A stretch of 63,714 bases of DNA, filler included, from Candidatus Tectimicrobiota bacterium (GTDB taxonomy: Bacteria; JACPSX01), in assembly GCA_016193065.1 (NCBI GenBank). It is 4 parts of 4 records of this genome, joined end to end, with 100 filler letters (N's around TTAATTAATTAA, not from the genome) between each part and the next. Parts side by side here need not be neighbours in the genome. Positions count along the whole stretch, not along the records: positions 1 to 7,791 come from JACPSX010000105.1; 3 more parts are not named here. The stretch is one strand, 5' to 3'. Position 1 is the stretch's first letter. Each line of letters opens with the position of its first letter. Positions 1 to 7,891 of this stretch are shown piece after piece. The notes beneath the pieces are model-generated. The model saw only the letters and a program-made list of their open reading frames with translations. It searched no databases and was not told the DNA's origin. Both the position numbers and the translations under genes were made by a program.

Positions 1-408
1 GGCCAGTTCCTTGCTCAAAGCCCCGCCTTCCACCCGGTCCGTCCAGTCCTCCACGGGTCCCAACTTCCCATGGTTAAACCGGGGCATGTAATCGTCCAGG
101 GAAACCGTGGCTTCTTGTTCCTTCTTGCGCCCCCGAAGCTTCAGGTAGCAGAGATTTTTGGCGGTAGTGAAAACCCATGGCAGGAAAGAGCCCGGCGTCC
201 TCAGCGTGCCAATCTTCTCCAAAATGGTAACAAAGACGTCCTGGAGTACCTCCTCGGCATCGGCGCTGTCGCTCGTCATTTTCAGCGCGTAGTAGTAGAG
301 CTTCTCCTGGCACTGCTCCAGGATAGACTCCAGAGCCCCCTTGTCTCCGGCTTGCAGTCTCTTGACGGCTTCGCTGAGGGCCTCGGTATTTTGCGGGTTC
401 TTTACCAT
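1..408 (-). CDS. ECF (sigma-70 family) RNA polymerase sigma factor, 3' end beyond window start
   Basis: Manual translation, not in ORF track: MVKNPQNTEALSEAVKRLQAGDKGALESILEQCQEKLYYYALKMTSDSADAEEVLQDVFVTILEKIGTLRTPGSFLPWVFTTAKNLC...; region-2 motifs DAEEVLQDVF and FLPWVFTTAKN. Confidence 0.88.
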   Translation of the reverse strand, partial: MVKNPQNTEALSEAVKRLQAGDKGALESILEQCQEKLYYYALKMTSDSADAEEVLQDVFVTILEKIGTLRTPGSFLPWVFTTAKNLCYLKLRGRKKEQEATVSLDDYMPRFNHGKLGPVEDWTDRVEGGALSKELA

Positions 409-480
409 GGTAATCCCCTAATTTCAGCGCACTTCGTCGCCCGACCCCGCAGGGTTGGCTTCATTGACTTCTATCTTTTT

Positions 481-507
481 AAACGAGGAAAGAAGGCGCG
501 GGTTACA
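481..507 (-). promoter_or_regulatory. Putative ECF-type promoter (TGTAACC-N15-CGTTT) upstream of the second sigma factor
   Basis: Minus strand reads TGTAACC CGCGCCTTCTTTCCT CGTTT, matching the -35 AAC / -10 CGT pattern of ECF promoters. Confidence 0.55.
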
Positions 508-1051
508 GGGAGCCCAAGATTGCTTTAAGGTGTCCTAAGGCGCGATGGAGATTGACCCGGACTGCTCCGGGAGATGTCTCCGTAACGGCCGCAATCTCCT
601 CATGGGTAAGGCCGCCGAACCGGCTGAGGAGAAGCACTTCTCGCTGAGAGGACGGCAGGCAGGCGATGGCTTGTGTGAGCCGTTGCGCGAGCTCCTCACC
701 TTCGATCTTTTGAACCGCTGTGGGCGCTGGATCGGCCAGGCCTTCTAAGAGTTCCGGGACTTGATGCTCCCGGTCAGGTCTCTTCTGACGGAGAATATCC
801 AGTGAGAGGTTTCGTGCGATGGTGAAGAGCCAGGTCCGCAGAGTTGCCGTGGGACGGTAGCGGTCGCGGGCAAGGTAGACCCGAAGAAACGTCTCCTGAA
901 GTAGCTCTTCAGCAATCGCTTGATTTCCGATGTGCCGTAGCAGAAAGTTGAACACCGCCTTGTGGTGTCGCTCATAGAGGATTTGAAACGCGCGGGCGTT
1001 GCCATCGCGTATCTCCTCCATCAACTGCTCATCAGGAGTCTCTGGCGACAT
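503..1051 (-). CDS. ECF RNA polymerase sigma factor
   Basis: DEQLMEEIRDGNARAFQILYERH, AEELLQETFLRV, TWLFTIARN, region-4 LTHEEIAAVTETSPGAVRVNLHRAL; start placed at MSPETP (1051). Confidence 0.92.
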   Translation of the reverse strand: MSPETPDEQLMEEIRDGNARAFQILYERHHKAVFNFLLRHIGNQAIAEELLQETFLRVYLARDRYRPTATLRTWLFTIARNLSLDILRQKRPDREHQVPELLEGLADPAPTAVQKIEGEELAQRLTQAIACLPSSQREVLLLSRFGGLTHEEIAAVTETSPGAVRVNLHRALGHLKAILGSL

Positions 1052-1085
1052 CTTTTGCCCCGGTAAGGGGATCTTGTGGCCCAAA

Positions 1086-1376
1086 TTACCCTTCGATCGG
1101 CTCGGCGGCGAAGGTTCCAAATTCAAAGCTGAGCCGGTAGTGTCGGCCGCAGCATTCGATCCTGTCGCCCGCCTGGGCGCCTTCCGGTACGAAGATCCTC
1201 GTCTCGCATGTCGGACAGGTTACCCAGTGCGCGATGGTTGCCCCCCAGGAATCGTCCTCCTTCCTCAGCCTGAGGAAGAGGCCGGCTCAGTTTGGACAGG
1301 TGATTATGGAACCGTCCGTGGCGCCGGTCGGGACCGGAAGGTCAGCCCCGCAGTCTGGACAGCGAATGGTCTCCAT
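1086..1376 (-). CDS. Putative selenoprotein: 96-aa tandem zinc-ribbon protein (CPDC...CPNU...CPTC...CC)
   Basis: METIRCPDCGADLPVPTGATDGSIITCPN[TGA 1289-1287]AGLFLRLRKEDDSWGATIAHWVTCPTCETRIFVPEGAQAGDRIECCGRHYRLSFEFGTFAAEPIEG*; AAGGAGG RBS; hairpin CTTCCTCA-GGC-TGAGGAAG with loop 16 nt after the TGA. Confidence 0.8.
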
Positions 1377-1385
1377 GCTTCCTCC

Positions 1386-1625
1386 TTACAGTCCCAGCAA
1401 CTGCTGGAGCTTGCCGCGGTCGAACCCCACGACGGGCTCTCCGTTTACCAGGATCACCGGAACGGCGCGAGCACCGGTCAGGCGTACCAGCTCATCCGCG
1501 GCTTCCGGATGATCCAGCAAGTTGACATCTCGAAACGTGACCCCTTTAGACGAAAGAAACTCTTTCGCCGCCTTACACGAACTTCACGTCGGGGAAGAGT
1601 AAACAATGACCTGTCGGTTGCTCAT
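1386..1625 (-). CDS. Putative selenoprotein glutaredoxin (NrdH/YruB-like) with UxxC active site, 79 aa
   Basis: MSNRQVIVYSSPT[TGA 1586-1584]SSCKAAKEFLSSKGVTFRDVNLLDHPEAADELVRLTGARAVPVILVNGEPVVGFDRGKLQQLLGL*; cis-Pro AVP and GFD motifs; AAGGAGG RBS; hairpin GGCGAAAGA-GTT-TCTTTCGTC downstream of the TGA. Confidence 0.9.
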
Positions 1626-1647
1626 GGTGCGTCCTCCTTCCAGGTAA

Positions 1648-2058
1648 TCAATCTTTTGCCTCCAGGTCCAGCGCCTCCAGGATTGGGCAGGTGCTGGCGG
1701 GACCCTTGCCGGAACACTGCTCCGCAAGACGATCGAGGCCCTTTCTCATGGCCTGCAGCGTCCGGATCTTCTCTTCGATGTCCTTGATCTTGGCTTGTGC
1801 CCGCCGCAGCACGTCAGCGCAGCGGGCACCGGATGTGGCCCGCAAGGACAGCAGATCCTTGATCTCTTTCAGGGAGAACCCGAGTTCCTGGGCTCGTTTG
1901 ATGAAGCGGATTCTGCGGACGCTGTCCGACGCGAAGGCACGGTAGCCCGACGGTGTACGGGCCGGTCGGGGGAGCAGACCCCTGCGCTCGTAATATCGGA
2001 TCGTCTCGACATGCACCCGGCCCTGCCGGGCCAACTTTCCAATCGTCAGCGCTTCCAT
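1648..2058 (-). CDS. merR: MerR-family divalent heavy-metal-responsive regulator
   Basis: LTIGKLA...VETIRYYERRGLL HTH; Cys80/Cys115/Cys124 with the same spacing as MerR C82/C117/C126; GGAGG RBS. Confidence 0.9.
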   Translation of the reverse strand: MEALTIGKLARQGRVHVETIRYYERRGLLPRPARTPSGYRAFASDSVRRIRFIKRAQELGFSLKEIKDLLSLRATSGARCADVLRRAQAKIKDIEEKIRTLQAMRKGLDRLAEQCSGKGPASTCPILEALDLEAKD

Positions 2059-2080
2059 ATTTCTTATCCCTCCACTGTGA

Positions 2081-2112
2081 AGTTTAAACCCTGCACCTAG
2101 GTACAGGGTCAA
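2081..2112 (-). promoter_or_regulatory. MerR-type promoter with dyad operator in an elongated spacer
   Basis: Minus strand TTGACC-20 bp-TAAACT; near-perfect dyad ACCCTGTACCTAGGTGCAGGGT at 2088-2109. Confidence 0.88.
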
Positions 2113-2349
2113 GACAATTTTTCACTAAGATGCGGTGATAGACATAGATGGCGAAACTTTTGCCTCCTCTGATCAGAAGGCCCCGTGGACCCGGAATTGA
2201 ATCTACTTCATCTTGATCCCCAAAACTCATTGGTTTAGAATTCTTTACCCGGAACGGCCTGCGGTATTTCCAAATCATGTGCTAGTCTGCGACATGCGCT
2301 TGTGTAACACAGCGAAACTGAACGGGCTCAAGGTGCGCGAGCTGTTCCG

Positions 2350-2712
2350 ATGGCGCCTTTTGAAAGCGAGGGGTTTGACAGAATTTCGGATCGAGGTAGA
2401 GTATGGGCGAGGATCGATTACGTGGTGGCGGCAGCGGCGGGCTGACTGACGGGGACATTTGGACGCGCGCTGGCGGCGCGCCAGATCGACACCGATGACG
2501 GAAAGCTCTCCTCGGAAGTCACGGGGGAAATCGAGCTCGAGGGCAACGTCCTGATCATCCGGCGCATTCGCGTTCATTACCGGGTGCGGGCCGGAGAGGA
2601 TGAGCGGGAAACGATCGAACGGGTCCACGGGATGCACGCCGAGCGCTGCCCCGTCGCCCGGTCGTTGAGAGGAGCCATCGAGATCCGGACTTCCTATGAA
2701 CTGATTGCTTGA
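2350..2712 (+). CDS. Putative OsmC/Ohr-like selenoprotein (5' end uncertain, possibly truncated)
   Basis: ...IDYVVAAAAG[TGA 2443-2445]LTGTFGRALAARQ...HAERCPVARSLRGAIEIRTSYELIA*; the TGA sits at the first conserved OsmC Cys and the second Cys is in CPVxxSL; hairpin GCGCGCT-GGC-GGCGCGC follows. Confidence 0.78.
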
Positions 2713-2791
2713 GGGCCCGGTACGGCGGTCTCCGGGGCCGCTTGCTCCTGGCCCGGCCGGCGCGACCAAGATCGCTGGAGGGTAAACTCCC

Positions 2792-3658
2792 ATGTTCCTG
2801 ATGGCCGGGCTTGGCCTTGTGGTGGGAATTCCCCTGGGGTTCGGCATCCACCGCGGCGGCTTCTGCATGCACAGCGCCAGCCGGGAATTTCTCAGCGGGA
2901 CGCCCTCCCCGTCTCTGTTTGCTTACTTGCTGGCGCTGGGAATTCAGTTGCTGTTGGTGAACGGACTGGCGGCGGAGGGTTTCTTCGTACTGGGCTTCGC
3001 CATCGGGGGATTGCTTGCGGCCGAAGGGCTTCTGCGACCGCTGACCCTGTGGCTGTTGCGCTCCGCCGTCCCGTTTGCCGGGCCGGCCTCTCTCCCGTCG
3101 TTGCTGGGACTGAGGCAAGGCTGGATCATCGGGGGAGGACTGGCGCTGATCGCTCTCCTGTTCCGGATCCTTCCCAGGCCTTCCTCATCCGGGACAAACT
3201 GGTCGTGGCAGCGTACCGGAATCGTCGTGGGTCTCTTGGGGACACTGGCGTGGGTGGCGGGCGCGCCGGTGGGGTGGCACTGGGGNNNNNNNNNNNNNNN
3301 NNNNNNNNNCCGCACCCTCCTGGGGGGCCTGGTCAGCCCAGGGCAGCATCCCATGACCTGGGGCACCTTCATGATTCTCGGTATCCCTCTGGGAAGTTGG
3401 CTGAGCGCGTGGTCCCGGGGGACGCTGGAGTGGTGGGTGCCGGAGGGCTGGGAACTGGCGCGGCGCTTTTGCGGGGGACTGTTCATGGGAATCGGGGGGA
3501 CGGTGGCAGGGGGGTGCAACATCGGCAACTCGCTGACCGGGGTTTCCATCTTTTCACTGAACAGCCTGGTGGCGACGGCGAGCATTCTTCTGGGCGTGAC
3601 GCTGGCTGTCCGCGCATTTTCTTCCCGGGACCGGGTGTGCCCCGCCAGGGCGACTTGA
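2792..3658 (+). CDS. YeeE/YedE family (sulfur/selenium compound) membrane transporter; contains an N gap and an apparent internal deletion
   Basis: GFGIHRGGFCM and GGLFMGIGGTVAGGCNIGN motifs; many hydrophobic segments. Confidence 0.85.
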   Translation: MFLMAGLGLVVGIPLGFGIHRGGFCMHSASREFLSGTPSPSLFAYLLALGIQLLLVNGLAAEGFFVLGFAIGGLLAAEGLLRPLTLWLLRSAVPFAGPASLPSLLGLRQGWIIGGGLALIALLFRILPRPSSSGTNWSWQRTGIVVGLLGTLAWVAGAPVGWHWXXXXXXXXXRTLLGGLVSPGQHPMTWGTFMILGIPLGSWLSAWSRGTLEWWVPEGWELARRFCGGLFMGIGGTVAGGCNIGNSLTGVSIFSLNSLVATASILLGVTLAVRAFSSRDRVCPARAT

Positions 3659-3672
3659 ACTAGCCCTCCGCA

Positions 3673-4275
3673 TTAAAAGGCGACCGCTTTACCCTTCATC
3701 TCAGGATGCAAGGGGCAAAGAACCTGAAAGGTTCCGGTGTTTGTCGCCGTGAAGAAGATGACATCAATGTCGCCGGGGGCTGCATGGGCATGCACGGAGA
3801 GCTCAACGGGGCAGACTCCGGACGTGCAGTCGTGGTAGGGCACCAACTTCCCCTCGGGATGGTGAGCAGCATGTTCGCCTTGCGGAGTGCCCGCCGTATC
3901 TTCCTTGGACAGCCAGAGCAAATTGCTGGGCCGGAGCCCAATGATGTGGTAGTGGTGCTCCTGCAAGCCACGGTTCCGCACCACAAGCTGGATTCTCTGC
4001 CCGACCGGGATGCTCAGGAACGCGGGCAAGAAACCCGTATCCGTCATTTCGACGTTGATGGTCATGATGGCGGCAGATGAATCATTCTGTTTAATGTCCT
4101 GCCGGGCTGTTCCCGTTTTTTGACGAGGCGATGGGGTTGTCACTGCCCTCGATTCATTTACGGGTGATTTCCCCCGGCGTTGTTCGTGGGCTTCGCCCAC
4201 GGAGGCGCCAAAAACAAGGGGGATTATCATCACAATGACAAAGGCGTGCGGTCCCAGGTTGCGTTTCAGCAGCAT
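3673..4275 (-). CDS. Exported cupredoxin-domain protein, His-rich insertion
   Basis: N-terminal hydrophobic leader; FLPAFLSIPVGQRIQLVVRN, HHYH, GTFQVLCPLHPEMKG (type-1 Cu-like C-x2-H-x2-M). Confidence 0.75.
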   Translation of the reverse strand: MLLKRNLGPHAFVIVMIIPLVFGASVGEAHEQRRGKSPVNESRAVTTPSPRQKTGTARQDIKQNDSSAAIMTINVEMTDTGFLPAFLSIPVGQRIQLVVRNRGLQEHHYHIIGLRPSNLLWLSKEDTAGTPQGEHAAHHPEGKLVPYHDCTSGVCPVELSVHAHAAPGDIDVIFFTATNTGTFQVLCPLHPEMKGKAVAF

Positions 4276-4296
4276 ACGTCCCTCCCTTCATTTGGA

Positions 4297-4650
4297 CTAT
4301 GGCTGGCCGTTCAGAGATTTCAAATAGGCCTCCAAGGCGTCGATTTCCTCGTCATTTAACCGAATGCTGCTCATCTGGGGGCGTGTCTCCAGGGCACGCA
4401 GCACATCCGATATCGTCTTGCCTCGAATATTTGGAGCCGCAAATGCCGCTTTCCCTCTACCATCGGGGCCATGGCAATAAGCACACCCGATTCCCCCGGC
4501 ACTCCTCTCGAACACGATTTTGCCCTTTGCCACCAGATCCGGTTTCGCATCGTCATTGGCCGCACCGGGACCGACGAGTCCCGGTGAAACCAGGATGAAT
4601 GCGGCAATCCACACGAGGAGAGACAAACGTTTGCTCTTCAACTCCCTCAC
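4297..4650 (-). CDS. Monoheme class I cytochrome c
   Basis: Signal peptide, CAYCH, APNI, distal Met in PQMSS, LNDEEIDALEAYL. Confidence 0.9.
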   Translation of the reverse strand: MRELKSKRLSLLVWIAAFILVSPGLVGPGAANDDAKPDLVAKGKIVFERSAGGIGCAYCHGPDGRGKAAFAAPNIRGKTISDVLRALETRPQMSSIRLNDEEIDALEAYLKSLNGQP

Positions 4651-6164
4651 CTCCGTGAATTCGACGAAGACAGGATGGATTTCTTCTGAGCCAACATGCT
4701 GTTATGAATCCCGCCCTGGTCGGCGAGAAGCTCCCCGGTGAAGTCCGGGTTGTAGCGAACAAATCCTCCTGAATGTGTGTCCCCTCCGTTAGCGGAAGGG
4801 ATGCGCGCTTTGACCTGCCGTTTGCCCAGATCAAACACGATGGTTTCCAGGGTCCCCGAACTGGTTATCCACATCTCGTTGGCGCTCACATCAGGGTGGA
4901 GAGTGTTGTGGTCGATGGTCTGGCCCCCGATGGGGAATTCTCTGACGGTTGTAAAGGTCTTTGTGTTCACCAGGCCGAGAGAGCCCCCGAGATTAAACGA
5001 CATTTCACCTTTACCGATGACCCAGAGCTCGGTCTCGTCCCAGTTCAATGCGATGTTGTAGGGCCCCGGAACACCCGACTGGGTCGAGCCGACGACCGTG
5101 TCCGTGGAGTTGTCGATCTTGTAGATGCGGCTGCCGGAGGAGTCGCTGACATAGGTGTACTTGCCGTCGGAAGTAAAGGCAAAACCGTTGGGGTACATAC
5201 CCACCCCTGGAATGATCTTCACCCGGCCGCTGGCCAGATCCAGCTTGCCGACCGCCCCGGCGAGCTTATCGGCGACGGAACGGCCGCCGAGAATAAGCCC
5301 TGAGTAAATGTACCTGCCCGAGGGATCCACGTCGGACTGATAGGGAAGGGCATTGAAGTTGAGCGTTCCAAAGGTCATCACGATCCGATGATCGTCGTTG
5401 GGGTCCAGGAGGATGCGAGTCTGGTCGGCTTCAACGAGAACCCGATCGCGCCCTTTCCAGTCCCTGAACGCATTGACATGGTGAGGACCCACTGGTGTGC
5501 TGAGCACCTTGTCCAGCTTCAGCGTCCTGGCGTTGACGATCAACAGCGTGCCGCCCTGTTGCTCAACAGTCCACGGCTGGTCGCCATCCCCGGTGGGAAC
5601 ATAGAGCCATTTGCCGTCCGGAGAGATGCCCAGCCCGTGGGGGGTCATCATCTTTTTAAATCCCAGATCATAAGACGCGGAGGTGACAACCTCCTTCGTG
5701 TTGGCGTCAATAATCTGGAGACCCGCGAGCTTGTAGGTCTTGGAGTAAGTCCCCGCATAGCCCTTCCCTTCGCTGGTAATGAATACCAGTGGGTGCTTGG
5801 CCGGATCCCAGGCGTTCGGGCCGCTGGAATCATAGGTGGCAATCAACCGGACGTTGGCTTTCAGGGAAGTTTCGGTATCCCATCCGCTGGGGGGGGCTCC
5901 CTGCGGCGCCGCTTGAAGCTGGCCGGCCTGGATGACAATACTCGGCGCCATGGACTTTAGCTGCTGCTGAAGCTGAGCAATGATGCGTTCTTTCTCCTGT
6001 AATTGCGCTTGTAGTTGCGCGTCAGATCCTTTTTTCGCCCGTCCTACGGCCTGCGCTGCTTCACCTTGGGGTTGAAAAGATATGGCCCCGGCGGCCGCCG
6101 CAAGCAACGAGACGATTCCCAGGAGAACCCATCGAGCTAGGAGTTTCTTTGCTACACGGATCAT
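4647..6164 (-). CDS. Exported YncE/lactonase-like beta-propeller protein with His motifs
   Basis: Signal peptide, Gln-rich coiled segment, repeats PHGLGISPDGKWLYV and PNGFAFTSDGKYTYV; PHG, PHH, IDH, DTH motifs. Confidence 0.75.
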   Translation of the reverse strand: MIRVAKKLLARWVLLGIVSLLAAAAGAISFQPQGEAAQAVGRAKKGSDAQLQAQLQEKERIIAQLQQQLKSMAPSIVIQAGQLQAAPQGAPPSGWDTETSLKANVRLIATYDSSGPNAWDPAKHPLVFITSEGKGYAGTYSKTYKLAGLQIIDANTKEVVTSASYDLGFKKMMTPHGLGISPDGKWLYVPTGDGDQPWTVEQQGGTLLIVNARTLKLDKVLSTPVGPHHVNAFRDWKGRDRVLVEADQTRILLDPNDDHRIVMTFGTLNFNALPYQSDVDPSGRYIYSGLILGGRSVADKLAGAVGKLDLASGRVKIIPGVGMYPNGFAFTSDGKYTYVSDSSGSRIYKIDNSTDTVVGSTQSGVPGPYNIALNWDETELWVIGKGEMSFNLGGSLGLVNTKTFTTVREFPIGGQTIDHNTLHPDVSANEMWITSSGTLETIVFDLGKRQVKARIPSANGGDTHSGGFVRYNPDFTGELLADQGGIHNSMLAQKKSILSSSNSRR

Positions 6165-6221
6165 AGTCTTCTTCTCCTTTCGGCTATTCTTAGGACCACA
6201 CAGGTCCCAACCAGAGATCCT

Positions 6222-6635
6222 TCACATCCCATCGTCTTTTCCCTCCCCCGCCGCCATCCGATCCGCACCGAGGGCCCGGAGGGCGTGAATCAGTTGCTTT
6301 GCGCCGATCTCCTTCAACAGATAGGCGCAGGCCCCGGCTGAGAGGACTTTATTTCTCTCGGTCTCATCGAAATAGGAAGTTAGAACCACGACCCGCGCCA
6401 TGGGGATCATGGCGGCGATCCTCCGGCATGTCTCCACTCCATTTCCGTCGTCCATCTTGACGTCGAGGAGCACCAGATCAGGCCTTAAACTCATCACCTG
6501 TCGCAGGGCCTCCTGCCCCGTGGCTGCGGCGCCGACGATTTCGAGCCCCTGCTTCCTGCCCAGCGCGGCTGTGAGTTCCTGCCGCACCTTTTCGTGGCCA
6601 TCAACGATCAGGACCTTGATGTTTCCCATGTTCAT
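6222..6635 (-). CDS. Single-domain response regulator receiver (NarL-like REC)
   Basis: IKVLIVDGH...PDLVLLDVKM...VVVLTS...AYLLK. Confidence 0.85.
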   Translation of the reverse strand: MNMGNIKVLIVDGHEKVRQELTAALGRKQGLEIVGAAATGQEALRQVMSLRPDLVLLDVKMDDGNGVETCRRIAAMIPMARVVVLTSYFDETERNKVLSAGACAYLLKEIGAKQLIHALRALGADRMAAGEGKDDGM

Positions 6636-6798
6636 CGCGCTCCTAGCGCTCGCCTCTTATGCACTCAATTTGCTTTCCCTGAGGTCTGCCCACAAGTGCC
6701 GTCTTTCCTTATCTGCGGATCCCCTTGTCCAAAAAAAAGGGGCCAGACGGCCCCCTGGAAAAGGCCATCCGGCCCTGCGTCTTTCTCCAACCGTGCCG

Positions 6799-7356
6799 TT
6801 AAGATCCTTTGGGCTCCGTCGCTCCTCCCTTCGACGCCCGCGTGGCCAGGTAGGCAGCCGCTGCGGAGCGGCGGGTCAGGTTGAGTTTGCTTAAGATGCT
6901 GCTGACGCAATTCTTGACCGTCTTGTCGCTCAGAAAGACCTCTTTGGCGATCTCCTTGTTCGTCTTACCCTTGGCGATGAGAGTCAGGATGCGCTGCTCG
7001 CGTTCGGAAAGCATGGCGAGCCCTTCGTCGGCGCTGCCCATCCCCATCTTTCGCACCCGTTCCAGGACCTTATCCGTGACGGATGGGTCAAGCAAGGAGT
7101 TACCCCGGGCCACTGTTTGGATCGCCTCGACCAGCGTCTGCCCGCGCACCTGCTTGAGCAGGTAGCCGGAGGCCCCGGCTACGATGGAGGCGAGGACCGC
7201 CTCCTCGTCGGCATAGGAGGTGAGCATGATGACCTTTGCCGACCTCGCTTCGCCCACGACCTCCAGGCCCGGTTTGTGGCTGAGAAGGGTACGGAGACCC
7301 ATGCGCACCACTTCGTGGTCGTCAACGATCAGGACTCGGATTGGCTTTTCTTTCAT
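6799..7356 (-). CDS. NarL/LuxR-family response regulator with the central receiver segment missing
   Basis: IRVLIVDDHEVVR; LSEREQRILTLIAKGKTNKEIA HTH; GEARSAKVIMLTS junction lacks the phosphoacceptor PDVVLMD region. Confidence 0.85.
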   Translation of the reverse strand: MKEKPIRVLIVDDHEVVRMGLRTLLSHKPGLEVVGEARSAKVIMLTSYADEEAVLASIVAGASGYLLKQVRGQTLVEAIQTVARGNSLLDPSVTDKVLERVRKMGMGSADEGLAMLSEREQRILTLIAKGKTNKEIAKEVFLSDKTVKNCVSSILSKLNLTRRSAAAAYLATRASKGGATEPKGS

Positions 7357-7791
7357 CCTGTTTCCCCTCCCTGGTCTCGACTAGCGGGATTTCCACTGTA
7401 ATCTCGGTGCCGTCGCGAGTACTCACGATCGACAAGGTTCCTCCCAGAGCTTTGGCTCTTCTCGCCATGTTCTGCAAACCCTGGCCGCCAGTGGCTTCAC
7501 CTGCTTTCGGATCGAAGCCCGCACCATTGTCCTTGATGGAGAGAACCAGGCGATCCCCGTGAGACGAGAGTCGAACAACTGCCTTGCTCGCCCGGGCGTG
7601 TTTCATGATATTGATCAGGGCTTCCTGAACAATGTGGGTCAGTTGGATGACCTCTTCCTGACTGAGCCCCTTTACCTCCTTGGTGATGAGCGCTGCTTCC
7701 ATGAGGGAATTTACTCGGAAGGCCTTGACGGCTTCCTCCAGGGCCTCTTCGATACCCTTCGCCCCCGCTGGATTGGGACGCAGGTCAAAAA
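7322..7791 (-). CDS. NarX-like sensor histidine kinase, C-terminal HATPase part (5' truncated at contig end)
   Basis: FDLRP...IVQEALINIMKHARA...IKDNGAGFD...GQGLQNMARRA. Confidence 0.88.
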
Positions 7792-7891
7792 NNNNNNNNN
7801 NNNNNNNNNNNNNNNNNNNNNNNNNNNNNNNNNNNTTAATTAATTAANNNNNNNNNNNNNNNNNNNNNNNNNNNNNNNNNNNNNNNNNNNN
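7792..7891. other. Artificial contig-joining linker
   Basis: 100 nt: Ns flanking TTAATTAATTAA (stops in all six frames). Confidence 0.97.

Noticed and set aside
999-1787. 262-aa plus-strand ORF over the selenoprotein genes
   Set aside because: No recognisable motifs; antisense shadow of minus-strand genes that have RBSs and clear folds
4647-6164. Calling the propeller nosZ or nirS
   Set aside because: No CuA domain or heme c motif in the protein and no nos/nir accessory genes in view
7792-7891. TTAATTAATTAA palindrome repeated three times in the window
   Set aside because: Embedded in fixed-length N runs; an artificial contig linker, so cross-linker gene associations were also rejected
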